Assembly (NCBI GenBank): GCA_000146465.1
Contig: CP001943.1
Length of the DNA: 64,000 bases
Direction: 5' to 3' (one strand)
Position numbers and translations under genes: made by a program. A model generated the notes under the pieces. It worked only from the letters and a program-made list of their open reading frames with translations. It did not search any database and was not told the origin of the DNA. Position 1 is the first letter of the stretch; each line of letters opens with the position of its first letter. Of this stretch, positions 20,850 to 31,404 are shown piece by piece.

Positions 20850-21947
20850 ATGGGAAATAAAAAGGATAAAGAGATGGTCCGATGCGAGCTGGAGAACTAT
20901 GTCGCAGTGGAGATTAAAAACACCTCTCCGAATGCCAGACAGGTTGATGCCATCCAAAAGATGATTTCGCTACCAGAAAGGAATTTTGACGAACTAGTCT
21001 CAGACATTGTCAATGAAATGCGAAGAAGGAGTAATGCACTGTCAACAACTCCTGAGACCCCCATGCAGAGAAAGCTCTCTAGAATCCATGAAGATGGATT
21101 CAAAAGTCTCATCTTAGACCTCCTTCTAGTAATGAACCAAAGATCCCCGGAAAAAGGATGTTCCTCGGAAAATGTCCATGGGCTTATTGATAATCTTGAT
21201 AAGCTTATATCCGAACTTAAAGAAGATATGATGAACGAGGACAAAATGGTTCAGGACATATATTCCTCTCGAAACATTTCAGAGAAGCTCATTATGTTCA
21301 TTGAGTACACCCGGAATGTTTTTGGGCGTAATGAAGAAGATGTCAAGATTCATGAATACATGACAAAAGAAGTCAGAGAGTATTTTGATTCCCAAGCTAC
21401 CGATGGGCCTGACTTAATGGCTGGTGTAGATGTATTTCTAAAGAAATGTGACAAGTCAAAGTACAGCAATCATCCTGAATATAAATACCATAGAGATAAT
21501 ATCCAGAAGCTGGAAAGTATGGAGTTAGAGCAGGAGGTAAAAAGGAACCTTATAAAAAGCGAAGTGTCACAAATATATTCAATCTTTGTGGCAGAAAACA
21601 CCAGTCTGAAGAGTGCAGGAGAAAAACAGCTTGAATTGAAGGTTCATGGTCTTGTAGATATCCTGTCTAAGATAAAGTACGAGGCCGAAGAAAGAAGGTC
21701 TGTAGATGCTTATGACTACCTTGAAGAAGTGATCAACTCTAGTAAAGACATTCTTGAACTCATTGAAAGCATGAAGTTGAAAAGAAATACACATCTAGAT
21801 CTGCTGAGAGCCAAAATAGCTGCTCTGGAACAAATACACAATAGAAACGGTAACGAGGAGCCTCTTTTTGCCATGTTTTCAACAATTGAGGCGGTAAAGA
21901 AAGCCTTGATGGATATCTCCAACAATCAAAATCAAGGAAATGCTTAG
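20850..21947 (+). CDS. Hypothetical protein, 365 aa; possible Spa2/GIT homology-domain (SHD)-like N-terminus
   Basis: SLPERNFDELVSDIVNEMRRR resembles the SHD repeat (F.EL..DVYDEL.RR); rest helical, no motif. Confidence 0.4.
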   Translation: MGNKKDKEMVRCELENYVAVEIKNTSPNARQVDAIQKMISLPERNFDELVSDIVNEMRRRSNALSTTPETPMQRKLSRIHEDGFKSLILDLLLVMNQRSPEKGCSSENVHGLIDNLDKLISELKEDMMNEDKMVQDIYSSRNISEKLIMFIEYTRNVFGRNEEDVKIHEYMTKEVREYFDSQATDGPDLMAGVDVFLKKCDKSKYSNHPEYKYHRDNIQKLESMELEQEVKRNLIKSEVSQIYSIFVAENTSLKSAGEKQLELKVHGLVDILSKIKYEAEERRSVDAYDYLEEVINSSKDILELIESMKLKRNTHLDLLRAKIAALEQIHNRNGNEEPLFAMFSTIEAVKKALMDISNNQNQGNA

Positions 21948-22025
21948 ACAAGATATAAATCTGGCAGGGAAAACGGTAAGATATTTAATGGAATAAAATG
22001 TTGACTTACAATTTTATTTGAAGCC

Positions 22026-22436
22026 TCAAATCTTTATGTCTAATTTTGAACTGAGTCGTGCCTTACCCAGTTCATAAAAGTCAAATATCTTAAAGTTCTT
22101 TATCGGAAGATTCTTAACCGATATCTCCAGATATGTATCATTTGCAGATCTATTTTTAGAGTTGTATAACACTTTGATTTTGAAGGGGCTTACCTTACTT
22201 ACCTCCAAATTGGACATACTTGTGAAAAACTCTATCTGAAACTTCCTTTCTTCTCCTCTTACCACATATCCTGGTCTATTGAACTCTTTGTTTGTGTTTT
22301 TTTCAAATGCTCCGGATTTCTCAATGTTTAAAATCATATTATTAAACCGAAAAGTGTCTGTCTTGCTGTTAACCTCACTCATCAAAATACTACCATTACA
22401 GAATATCTCTGCCAGGAAAAAATAAATGTATATCAT
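22026..22436 (-). CDS. Hypothetical small protein with hydrophobic N-terminus (possible signal peptide), 136 aa
   Basis: MIYIYFFLAEIFCNGS... then polar; fits gap between flanking genes. Confidence 0.4.
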   Translation of the reverse strand: MIYIYFFLAEIFCNGSILMSEVNSKTDTFRFNNMILNIEKSGAFEKNTNKEFNRPGYVVRGEERKFQIEFFTSMSNLEVSKVSPFKIKVLYNSKNRSANDTYLEISVKNLPIKNFKIFDFYELGKARLSSKLDIKI

Positions 22437-22586
22437 GTCTTAAGTTAAGGCACATTCATTTTATAGTTTGGAGTGTTTCATTTCCTTCGAAACATTAGGA
22501 AACAACCCGCCCAATACAAATCAAAACACATCTTGTCTGGATAGATGTAACAAAGTTTGTGCTTATGGATTCGGTTTTAACAGCCC

Positions 22587-23504
22587 ATGCAGCAACCGTG
22601 GACAGAAAAGTACCGCCCAGAATCCTTACAACAGGTGGTTGGAAATAGGGAGATTGTTGCAGCTCTTAAGTCAATCTCAAGCACAAACAAAATTCCCAAC
22701 ATGCTGTTCTATGGACCTCCAGGGACTGGGAAGACAACATCAATAAGAGCCATTGCAAATAATCTTCCAAGATCATGTGTTCTTGAATTGAATGCAAGCG
22801 ACGAAAGAGGAATAGCCACGGTGAGAGAAACCATAAAGGAGTTTGCATCAACTTATTCCAAAACGACAAAGTTGGTGATTTTAGATGAGGCAGACATGAT
22901 GAGTAGAGATGCCCAGAATGCCCTTCGAAGAATAATAGAAGACTTCAGTGCAAATGCAAGGTTCTGCTTAATAGCTAATCATTCAAGAAAGATAATACCT
23001 CCCATCCTTTCTAGGTGTACCAAGTTTAGATTTGGGCCTATTGAGGACACAGAAAGCAGAATCAAAGAAATATGCAAGAAAGAAAACATAAAATACTCTG
23101 AGGAAGGTATTAAGGGAATCGCAGAGATATCAGAGGGGGATATGCGTAAGGCAGTCAACGATGTTCAAGGAATATCTGTGTCCTTGGGCCCTATCAGTCT
23201 GGAAAATGTTCGAAAATTCAATGGAGTTGCTCCTATAGACGTCTACGAAGAGTTGTTTGAGAACCTCAAGACCATGAGTATGGCTGATCTTAGAGTGAAA
23301 TGCGAAGAATTGAAATATGAGCACGGAATGGATTCCGACGATTTACTAAAAAATTTGAGTAAGATGGTCCGAAAAAGTAACATGAAAGAGAAGATGAGGA
23401 TACTTAAAGAGATGGGAGATATAGAATACCGAAGAAGCATCGGATGTAGCGAGAAAGTCCAGACAGATGCAATCATTTCTGTATTCTTATTGAATAGAGG
23501 CTGA
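22587..23504 (+). CDS. Replication factor C small subunit (AAA+ clamp loader; paralog not assignable)
   Basis: PWTEKYRP, Walker A FYGPPGTGKTT, LDEADMM (DEAD-like Walker B), SRC motif LSRCTKFRF. Confidence 0.9.
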   Translation: MQQPWTEKYRPESLQQVVGNREIVAALKSISSTNKIPNMLFYGPPGTGKTTSIRAIANNLPRSCVLELNASDERGIATVRETIKEFASTYSKTTKLVILDEADMMSRDAQNALRRIIEDFSANARFCLIANHSRKIIPPILSRCTKFRFGPIEDTESRIKEICKKENIKYSEEGIKGIAEISEGDMRKAVNDVQGISVSLGPISLENVRKFNGVAPIDVYEELFENLKTMSMADLRVKCEELKYEHGMDSDDLLKNLSKMVRKSNMKEKMRILKEMGDIEYRRSIGCSEKVQTDAIISVFLLNRG

Positions 23505-23557
23505 CCCCTATGAAGTAGTAAATTTATTAAAACGCCCGTCTTGAGTTTACCAAAGTC

Positions 23558-24565
23558 TTACAGAATGTCGTAGTATGGAAGCGCCTCAGCCTCTCTTACA
23601 TCGTATTTGCTTTTTGGGATGTTATTCACAATATTTGAAGCTATCAATGCCAGGACTATCATAATTATGGATCCGAATATCCATAAAGGTAGGTATATTA
23701 AGATACTACGGAATCCTGCCAATACAAGAGATAATGTAGCTATATACAGCAGAGGTAAGAGTAGCATACATGCATTGATCTTCAAAGAATATTTCTTCCC
23801 GCATATTCCCCAGAGGATTTGCATAAGAAGTAGAAATGGCTTTAAAAAGACAGGAATTGCAGGAACCATTACTAGGCCAAACAATATAGCCCTAATCAAC
23901 TTTCCCATCATTATGTTCTTCTTTGTTTCAAAAAAGAGCTTGTACTTATTGCTATGGTAATATATGGTATTGACTGTGGACAAGCCCTCGATTCCTAGGA
24001 ACAAAGCCCCTGAAAAAGAAGTGTTTATGAGTCCATCGACATATGAGGCATAGTTGAACAAATGGAGTGTTGCTCCAATGATTTCCATAGATCGAAATAT
24101 CATGCTTTTCAACTCAGCTCCCATCCCGTATATCCAGTACAATGCAGAAAGGGATCGGATCATTGGAATGGTTAGAGTTATAGCCGACACCCCAAAAGGA
24201 AGAGACATGGCTATGCTGTTATACTCTCCATGTGCAATCATGGGAGGCAGTGCTAATAATGTTCCTAGGTATATTGCAAATGTGACCAGATAGAAGCATA
24301 TGTTAAGTCTATCAAACATTCTTGTTACAATATATGAGTCTTTGTTGTGGAGAAGAAGCTGCACCGACACCTCGCCAAATATGTCATAAAAATCTCTTTT
24401 ATATCTGTCTTTCAATATTGTGTATGCCTTGTTGATCTCTGCAAACTTGTCTGGGCTTATCTCGCTCTTATTCTGAAAATATGTTCTTACAAGAAATCTG
24501 TAGGACTTTTCCACACTCTCTTTTGTAGCATTCTTTGGGACCTTGAGCACATCGTAGAGACTCAT
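23558..24565 (-). CDS. Polytopic membrane protein with N-terminal J-like domain lacking the HPD tripeptide
   Basis: SLYDVLKVPKNATKESVEKSYRFLVRTYFQNKSEISPDKFAEINKAYTILKD aligns with J-domain helices, but HPD position reads FQN; followed by about 7 hydrophobic segments. Confidence 0.55.
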   Translation of the reverse strand: MSLYDVLKVPKNATKESVEKSYRFLVRTYFQNKSEISPDKFAEINKAYTILKDRYKRDFYDIFGEVSVQLLLHNKDSYIVTRMFDRLNICFYLVTFAIYLGTLLALPPMIAHGEYNSIAMSLPFGVSAITLTIPMIRSLSALYWIYGMGAELKSMIFRSMEIIGATLHLFNYASYVDGLINTSFSGALFLGIEGLSTVNTIYYHSNKYKLFFETKKNIMMGKLIRAILFGLVMVPAIPVFLKPFLLLMQILWGICGKKYSLKINACMLLLPLLYIATLSLVLAGFRSILIYLPLWIFGSIIMIVLALIASNIVNNIPKSKYDVREAEALPYYDIL

Positions 24566-24616
24566 TTGAGGGGATAGAAGGAAGAATTAAAGAAAGACCC
24601 TTCCCAACTCTTCTAG

Positions 24617-24952
24617 TTGCAAAAAATTTACTCCTCGATGCCAAGAAGTGATACGAAGAAAAGCAAAAGGAGAAAGAATAGGAATAGATTGAAAACAAAA
24701 AGAGCTCAGGAATTTGGCCCAAAGGGAATCGACCAGGTAAAAGAACAGATTGAGGGTCAGAAGGAAATAGATTACGATCCAGAACTTCCAGGACACGGCC
24801 GGTTCTACTGTTACGAATGTGATAGACACTTTATTTCGGAGAAGGTCCTTATTGAGCATAGGAGGTCGGGGACACACAAAAAAAGAGTTAGGGATATGAG
24901 AGAAATCCCTCATTCCCAGAAAGACGCGGAGTGGGCTGTTGGATTAATATGA
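24617..24952 (+). CDS. BUD20: Ribosome-biogenesis C2H2 zinc-finger protein Bud20/ZNF593
   Basis: PGHGRFYCYECDRHFISEKVLIEHRRSGTHKKRVRDMREIPHSQKDAEWAVG parallels Bud20 PGLGQHYCIHCAKYF...KGKVHKRRVKELRGVPYTQE; basic N-terminus. Confidence 0.8.
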   Translation: MQKIYSSMPRSDTKKSKRRKNRNRLKTKRAQEFGPKGIDQVKEQIEGQKEIDYDPELPGHGRFYCYECDRHFISEKVLIEHRRSGTHKKRVRDMREIPHSQKDAEWAVGLI

Positions 24953-24996
24953 TCCTTATACAAATCTTACTTTAAAACCTGGTTGTATCCACGGTA

Positions 24997-26505
24997 TCAT
25001 TTTAATTCGTCTAGGCCTTCAATCTCAAGCCAACCAATGTCTCCATCTCCCTCCAGAATTGAGAGATTGATGCTATTTTCCTTATCACCTTCTTCATCTA
25101 CATCATTTGAAGCTTTTCTCCTTGTTCTCTTGAATGGAAAGATAATTCTTGCAATGTTATATGAATTAGAACGTAGAAATAAAACCATATCTTCAAAAAA
25201 GGTAGTAAAAAAGGCACTGTTCCAGCATCGGTGTCTTTCAAATACATCGCGCCACGTCTTCATCAAGACTAGGAATGAAGGCTTATAAAAGTACCTCTTG
25301 TCGACAAAAGAATATATGTTAGAAAGAAGCCTCAATATCTTTGCGGTGTTGCAGTCTTGGAAACATTTTCCCATCCATTCATCTTCTCTTAATCCCCCTA
25401 CCGAACAGTCTGACTGGCTATAGGCGCATTCCTGAAAACATGAGCAATCTACATAACTATACTCGAGTAGACTAAATATTTTTCTTATTTTGTTCTCATT
25501 GAACTGCTTCTTGTCTAGGTTCCAATCAAAGAGATAATAGTAATTATATAGTACTAATCCACATTCCATAACTATATTGGTGTCCTTACATTCCAATAGT
25601 TTTGCTACATGAATCATTAGATCCGAGTCTTCTATCTTATCTAAATAAAGTATCGCCTTCGAGGATTTTCCAAGACTCTCCAGCATTTTCCTATACAGCC
25701 TGATGGCTAAGTAACTCCCACTATTCACTAGTTCCTTAAGTCCAGATGACCCGCACAAGAAGAGATAATCCCATTCGCAATAGTTCATGAGATGTAAATT
25801 CTTATCCAATCCCAAATCCAATAGGTCAAAGAACGTAGTATTGTAAATATCATCAAATATGTTCTTAAGAACTGGCTGCCCTACTTTGTGAAGGGAAGAA
25901 GGCTTCCTAAAGGTAAAATGCATTTTATCCTTGAAGACCACTTCAGAATCAAAATGCCTTCTTTTTATTTCGTGCATAATGCCTTCACCTCTGTCCTCTT
26001 CATACTTCCCTCTTGCTTCGTATACCTTGTATTCAAATATCAAGGAATACAATCTTGCGGTCTCCGAAGAGACAAGAGAGTTCAGAAGAATAAAGAATCC
26101 GCAGTCATATAGCACACCTGGAAACAGAGAACTCTTCTTGATGGCCTCGCAACAGAAGGAAATAACATACTGGGGACTCTCCATAGACTCATACAGAATC
26201 TCCGACAACAAAAATCCACCCTTTCTTGTCATAAACAGCACTGGAAGCCTGGAGTTAGGGAGCTGCAAGATCTTTATTGCTAGTCCAAATGCTTTCTGTC
26301 TATCTTTGGAATTTCTTATAAGATAAGGAAAATTCCTTTCAATGAATTTCCAGTCATCTAGAAGACTCAAGAGAGATGGATCCTCATCAGTAAGTGATAT
26401 TATCTTCTCGAGGGATTCTTCATGCTCTCCCGACAAACCTCCTTCGTTCACCAAGGACTCATTAAGAATAAAGAGCACTCCCCTTGCTTCGTCTTCTTGC
26501 ATCAA
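24997..26505 (-). CDS. Hypothetical protein, 502 aa (possible CBF/NOC-family helical repeat protein; weak)
   Basis: Long ORF; helical repeats; no decisive motif. Confidence 0.45.
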   Translation of the reverse strand: MMQEDEARGVLFILNESLVNEGGLSGEHEESLEKIISLTDEDPSLLSLLDDWKFIERNFPYLIRNSKDRQKAFGLAIKILQLPNSRLPVLFMTRKGGFLLSEILYESMESPQYVISFCCEAIKKSSLFPGVLYDCGFFILLNSLVSSETARLYSLIFEYKVYEARGKYEEDRGEGIMHEIKRRHFDSEVVFKDKMHFTFRKPSSLHKVGQPVLKNIFDDIYNTTFFDLLDLGLDKNLHLMNYCEWDYLFLCGSSGLKELVNSGSYLAIRLYRKMLESLGKSSKAILYLDKIEDSDLMIHVAKLLECKDTNIVMECGLVLYNYYYLFDWNLDKKQFNENKIRKIFSLLEYSYVDCSCFQECAYSQSDCSVGGLREDEWMGKCFQDCNTAKILRLLSNIYSFVDKRYFYKPSFLVLMKTWRDVFERHRCWNSAFFTTFFEDMVLFLRSNSYNIARIIFPFKRTRRKASNDVDEEGDKENSINLSILEGDGDIGWLEIEGLDELK

Positions 26506-26592
26506 CCCTTATAATTCATAAAACCAATATGAGACTTGGATTTCTTTAAATCTTAAAAAAGATTTTGGCAGAAAGACCAATAAAGTATTTTA

Positions 26593-29511
26593 TTAGAGCA
26601 TGAACATGTAGAAGCATGTTTTTTCCACCAAGTAACACAACACTATATCCATCACTAACACACTATAAACAAATACCTTTACATTGCCCATGTCAACAAT
26701 TTCCATCTTTGCTCGAAGTTCGTCGTTATTCCCCATCACGAGTTGATGTATAAAAAGGAGCAAGATAGTAAGACATCCAAGTAGCTTTTTGTTTTCCACC
26801 AAGCTTTCTCTAAAAGGCCTTCCTATGTAGTTTACAAGAAACGTCGATATCTGCTGTGTTGTCGATAGGAAGAATAGAGCAGAGTTCATTAATGAAGGAG
26901 AAAACTTTTCGTTGTACACAGGCGTCTCTACATCCCTTATTCTTCTTATCATGATAAAGAAGGAAGCTATATGAACGATAACCTGGAGAACAACAGAGGA
27001 GATGATGTACGAGTTGATTATGTTTGTCAAGGGCCTTTTTTTGCTTATTTCCTTAAGAGGCTGGCTTTGGGTCAGGAACATAAATGCAAATCCAATGAGG
27101 AGTCCAGAAACAGTCAACTGCACATCTCCATATCTAACACCCATGCAATCCAAAACACTCAAAGAGAATGCACTGACAAGGGAATTCAATGCCAGAATCT
27201 TGTACATTTGAATGGTTGTTACCAAGGCACTTCTTCCTTGTCTTATGATATCAAGAACAGAATCAAGCGACCCTGTCTTTGCTGTAAATGGCGCTGCAAC
27301 ACTTGCATCTCCAAGATTGATCTTCTCTTCTCCTATATCTTTTGAAAGACTTTCCATAATGTTCTCCTCCTTGGTTTTTTCCTTTTTCTCCTTGCGAACA
27401 ATCACCGGTGCTTCCATAAGAGCTATTCCCACATGGGCACTCTTTAGTGCTCCAACATCATTTGTCCCATCCCCACACATCAGTGTGTACTTTCCCATCT
27501 TGTTGTATTTCTCAATGATCTTCTCTTTGTGAATAGGATCGGCCCTAGCAAAAATCGATATGGATGGAAATTCATCACTTTCTAATACCTTATCTATTTC
27601 TGCTCCTTCTACAGCTTTTGTAGATATCCCGATCTTTTTGGAAACATTCCTTGCAGTTAGCACATTATCTCCAGTTATCATTATCACTTTATGCCCTGAT
27701 ATATGAAGAGCCTCAATTGTTTCTCTTACATCCTTCTTCAATTTGCAGTCAAACAAGACAAATCCTGCGAAAGATAAACCTGATTCCATGTCTTTTCGGA
27801 CATATTTGTCTTGCTTACTGGTAGGCTTGAACCCAAGTGCAAGCACACGATACCCATCGGCTGCATATTCCTTATAGTCATCATAGAAGTCGGGTACAGA
27901 ACTTAGATACTCCTTGACAACTTCGGGAGCTCCCTTCATCCCAACAAATCTCTTTCCTTCTTTCTCCACCACCACTGTCATTCTCTTTAGTTCCGAGCAA
28001 AAGGAGTATGTCTTAAGAACTTGGTACTCAAAGCATTTGCTCCCTAGTGACTTCTTGTTTTTTAAGTATTCATAAGTACTTGTTTCTAGAGGGTCACCCG
28101 TTACTTTCCCTTCAAGTAATAACAAAGAATGACAGCTGGAAAGTACATCAGTTGAGTTTTCTGTCTCATGCTTAATCCCCGCAACTTCCATAACTGTTTC
28201 TGTTAATGTTCCAGTCTTGTCGAAGCAGCACACATTTACCTTTCCGGCATACGGAATTCGAAAGGGCTCCAAACAATAAACTCCCTTTTGAATAAGAGCC
28301 CGGACACAACTGTTGACTGCCATGCTTAACTCCATTGGAAGTTCTGTGGGAACTACATTTGTTAAAATCAAAATTACTTCCAAAAGTAGTTTGTAGTTGG
28401 ATTTCCCCATCTTCTTTCCCTCTTTATATGCATAGAATGACGCAATAATTGCAAACACGAGGAGGGCAAATATAAAAATAAATGCTTCTCTGTCGTTCAC
28501 AGTCACCTCTTCTGTACACATCATTTTCCTTACAAGCCCACCTTTTTCAGTTTCAAACCCCGTATGAAGTACAAAACACACTAAAGGAGAGTCTTTTATC
28601 ATCACTATCTCCGTTCCTGCATACAGGATATGTTTTTTATCTTTACTCCTGTCAAATGTATCTTTTGGATTTCTTTCGGAAATATCTTCCTTTGCAAGAG
28701 GAACAGATTCTCCAGAAAGCATTGCCTCGTTCACTGCACAAGACCCCTTAACCAGCAGAAGATCGCAGGGGACACTCATAGTAGATTTGATTCTGATAAC
28801 GTCCCCAGGAAATAAATCCTCAGATGATACAGTTTTATCTTCGCTCTTTCTGCATGATCTACTATCATATAAGACCTCGACATTAACCTTGGCATGACTC
28901 ATCTTTTTGAAGTGTCTGGCCGTAACCATTCTTTGAAAAACAAGTCCAGACTCAAGAACAACTAACATCACAAGACTGAATATCGCTTGGTAGACGTACT
29001 CGTCAAGACACCAAAGAAGCCCTGAAAACACTTGGAATACAAACAGCGGAGACACAGCATGCTGTAAAAACAACTGGAAAAAAGATGGAGGTACAATATC
29101 AAACCTATTCTTTTTGAAATGTTTCAGAAGCCCAGATTCAACAAATTCTTCCTTTCTCTCTTGCCATTTCTCATAATATTCAAAAGGCCTTTTTGTATCA
29201 GCTCGGAGTCTAACAATCTTTTCACCAGTTAAGAGATATCCAGACTTTTCAAATTCAAAAGCTCCGTCACTGAGTTTACACAGGGAACCTAGGTACTGTA
29301 TATAATCTCCCTCGGTGTTAAGATCCATTGAAAATAAGATATGAACTCGGTCAGACCAGAATGTCGATAGAAACATCGTTCCAGAGAGTAGCAATGTAAA
29401 CACAATCACCACCTGGGGATAGTTGCTTTTCAATGCTAGAACAGGGAGGAAGTACAGAGGAGCTACGTACGCTCGCTTGTAGAATGGCTTTTCTTTGTAT
29501 ATATTGTACAT
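26593..29511 (-). CDS. SPF1: P5A-type P-type ATPase (Spf1/ATP13A1-like, ER)
   Basis: DKTGTLT phosphorylation motif, GDGTNDVGALK hinge, and the P5-specific VVPTELPMELS (PPELPxE) motif in M4. Confidence 0.85.
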   Translation of the reverse strand: MYNIYKEKPFYKRAYVAPLYFLPVLALKSNYPQVVIVFTLLLSGTMFLSTFWSDRVHILFSMDLNTEGDYIQYLGSLCKLSDGAFEFEKSGYLLTGEKIVRLRADTKRPFEYYEKWQERKEEFVESGLLKHFKKNRFDIVPPSFFQLFLQHAVSPLFVFQVFSGLLWCLDEYVYQAIFSLVMLVVLESGLVFQRMVTARHFKKMSHAKVNVEVLYDSRSCRKSEDKTVSSEDLFPGDVIRIKSTMSVPCDLLLVKGSCAVNEAMLSGESVPLAKEDISERNPKDTFDRSKDKKHILYAGTEIVMIKDSPLVCFVLHTGFETEKGGLVRKMMCTEEVTVNDREAFIFIFALLVFAIIASFYAYKEGKKMGKSNYKLLLEVILILTNVVPTELPMELSMAVNSCVRALIQKGVYCLEPFRIPYAGKVNVCCFDKTGTLTETVMEVAGIKHETENSTDVLSSCHSLLLLEGKVTGDPLETSTYEYLKNKKSLGSKCFEYQVLKTYSFCSELKRMTVVVEKEGKRFVGMKGAPEVVKEYLSSVPDFYDDYKEYAADGYRVLALGFKPTSKQDKYVRKDMESGLSFAGFVLFDCKLKKDVRETIEALHISGHKVIMITGDNVLTARNVSKKIGISTKAVEGAEIDKVLESDEFPSISIFARADPIHKEKIIEKYNKMGKYTLMCGDGTNDVGALKSAHVGIALMEAPVIVRKEKKEKTKEENIMESLSKDIGEEKINLGDASVAAPFTAKTGSLDSVLDIIRQGRSALVTTIQMYKILALNSLVSAFSLSVLDCMGVRYGDVQLTVSGLLIGFAFMFLTQSQPLKEISKKRPLTNIINSYIISSVVLQVIVHIASFFIMIRRIRDVETPVYNEKFSPSLMNSALFFLSTTQQISTFLVNYIGRPFRESLVENKKLLGCLTILLLFIHQLVMGNNDELRAKMEIVDMGNVKVFVYSVLVMDIVLCYLVEKTCFYMFML

Positions 29512-29556
29512 TTCAAGGGCTTATTTTCGAAAATATACTAAAGACTCAAAATCTAT

Positions 29557-30195
29557 TTGAAACATCCCCCTGGTATGTCTGCTGATATAGAAACATTCTA
29601 TGGTGGATCAATTCTGGCCATTGCAAGTGACGAGGCTGTCGCTATAATGAACGACAAACGTCTTGGAATGAGCTCTATAACAGTTTCCAAGGACTTTACT
29701 CGGATCCACAAAATAGGCCCAAGGTTATATGTGGGACTTCCCGTATTTGTCCCAGACACACAGGTTCTTCTCAGAAGCATAAGAAAGAATTACAACTTAT
29801 TCAAATTGGAGGAGCAAAGAGAGATGGAGCCTGAAGAGCTTACAAGTATGATTTCATTTCTTTTGTATTCAAAAAGAGAAGCACCATACATCACCTCTCC
29901 AATAGTTGCAGGGCTGAGAAGCGATGGTAAGCCGTACATCTCGGGGATGGATAGTATCGGATCTATAACATCTCCTCGAGACTTTGTAGCAGCCGGAACT
30001 TCTGAAGAGAATCTTATGGGAATTTGTGAGGCTCTCTACAGGCCGGGTATGGACGAGGAAAACCTGTTTGTAACATGTACTCAGGCATTCCTCAATTCAA
30101 TTGACAGAGACGCTCTGTCGGGATGGGGTGCAGATTGTTATATCATAAGCAGGAACAAGGTTACTAAGAGACCGATTAAAGGAAGATGTGATTAG
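29557..30195 (+). CDS. PUP3: 20S proteasome beta-3 subunit (Pup3/PSMB3)
   Basis: Near-colinear with yeast Pup3 (NGGIVVAM/GGSILAIA; LYKLKEERAIEPE/LFKLEEQREMEPE; DRDALSGWGA identical). True start may be the second Met at 29575. Confidence 0.9.
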   Translation: MKHPPGMSADIETFYGGSILAIASDEAVAIMNDKRLGMSSITVSKDFTRIHKIGPRLYVGLPVFVPDTQVLLRSIRKNYNLFKLEEQREMEPEELTSMISFLLYSKREAPYITSPIVAGLRSDGKPYISGMDSIGSITSPRDFVAAGTSEENLMGICEALYRPGMDEENLFVTCTQAFLNSIDRDALSGWGADCYIISRNKVTKRPIKGRCD

Positions 30196-30234
30196 TTTGG
30201 AATTGAAGCTCTGTTTTTATAATCGTTGTAAATA

Positions 30235-31107
30235 TTGGATTTTCGGGGGCCCTTTTTAACTAAGATGCCTAGGCTTGGGAGGATTCTAATGTATGCACTT
30301 ATTTTCATCTTTAGATCTTATGACGTCCCATCGCTCTGTTACAACTACTATGACCCAGAATCATGCTACCAGCAGGAGTTTCTAAAGCCTTCTCCCATCC
30401 CAACGGTATATCAAGTAGTACCAAGGAAGTATTTTGTTTACGTTTCAGGAGTATGTGACTTTATAGTCTCAAGGCTGATAAATTCGGAAAAGTACTTCAT
30501 ATACTCTTCCCTTCTTCCAGCAGATGCAATATCAATGGAAAACCTTCTTCTTGTGATGTTGGAGAAGGGCTATAGAGATATTGCAGGCTTCTTCCTGGCG
30601 AATCTAAGTATATTCTATGTCCCTATTCTTACCGCCTCGAACCTGTATGTCTTGTCTTATCTCTATCCGGCATACAAAAAGGATTACGAAAATGCACACA
30701 AGCCTTCATTAAGTATCACCTGGTTTTTCCATCTGAACATTTTTTCACAGTACAGTAGGTATTTCTATGATATGTTCTATGTCCTGATGATTTATCTCTT
30801 CAGCATTGTTCCTGAAGAACAGAAGATGGAGATTATTTTACTATTCAAGCCATCTAACTACAAGAGTTATCTCTTGTACATGGCAGAATCCCCATTGTTC
30901 CACTTTTACACACTCATTTTCGTTCTGGAAAATTATGTACAACTCCTGTTCAGGATCTATGGCATAGGGAACCCCAACTTCCTCAATTGGTCGTACCTTG
31001 CATTCACATGTTTATTTATCTTTGAAAGGAGATGGATAATGTTAATGAAAGAGCCTTACAAAAATAAGGACCAGGAAAAGGCTTCTGGTTGTTCCCACCA
31101 GCTCTAG
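30235..31107 (+). CDS. Hypothetical polytopic membrane protein, 290 aa
   Basis: At least 6 hydrophobic segments; aromatic-rich; no motif. Confidence 0.5.
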   Translation: MDFRGPFLTKMPRLGRILMYALIFIFRSYDVPSLCYNYYDPESCYQQEFLKPSPIPTVYQVVPRKYFVYVSGVCDFIVSRLINSEKYFIYSSLLPADAISMENLLLVMLEKGYRDIAGFFLANLSIFYVPILTASNLYVLSYLYPAYKKDYENAHKPSLSITWFFHLNIFSQYSRYFYDMFYVLMIYLFSIVPEEQKMEIILLFKPSNYKSYLLYMAESPLFHFYTLIFVLENYVQLLFRIYGIGNPNFLNWSYLAFTCLFIFERRWIMLMKEPYKNKDQEKASGCSHQL

Positions 31108-31146
31108 AATAAAAGTAGAGTAGCTGTCTTTAATAATACTTTATTC

Positions 31147-31404
31147 CTAGCTGGACTCCTCATCGACACCGCTGTCCTCATCCAGGTCATCAGTATCGTC
31201 ATCATCTTCAGACATGTCATCGTCAACACTGGAGTATCCAGAATCTTCATCGGAACTATCATCAGAACCAATCCCGGAATCGCTGGAGCCGTCGGTGTCC
31301 TCATCGGTGTAATCCGAGACATCTGTGGTTGAAGTGGTTTCTTCCTCGCTTTCAAGCTCCTTCTTAGATTTTTCGGCTGCCTTCTTTTGTCTTGCTGGAC
31401 ACAT
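31147..31404 (-). CDS. Small acidic S/D/E/T-rich protein (85 aa); alternative 125-aa ORF in another frame (31104..31481) judged less likely
   Basis: Extremely acidic, CK2-site-like composition; the overlapping ORF is M/T/L/P-rich, typical of reading an acidic gene out of frame. Confidence 0.35.
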   Translation of the reverse strand: MCPARQKKAAEKSKKELESEEETTSTTDVSDYTDEDTDGSSDSGIGSDDSSDEDSGYSSVDDDMSEDDDDTDDLDEDSGVDEESS

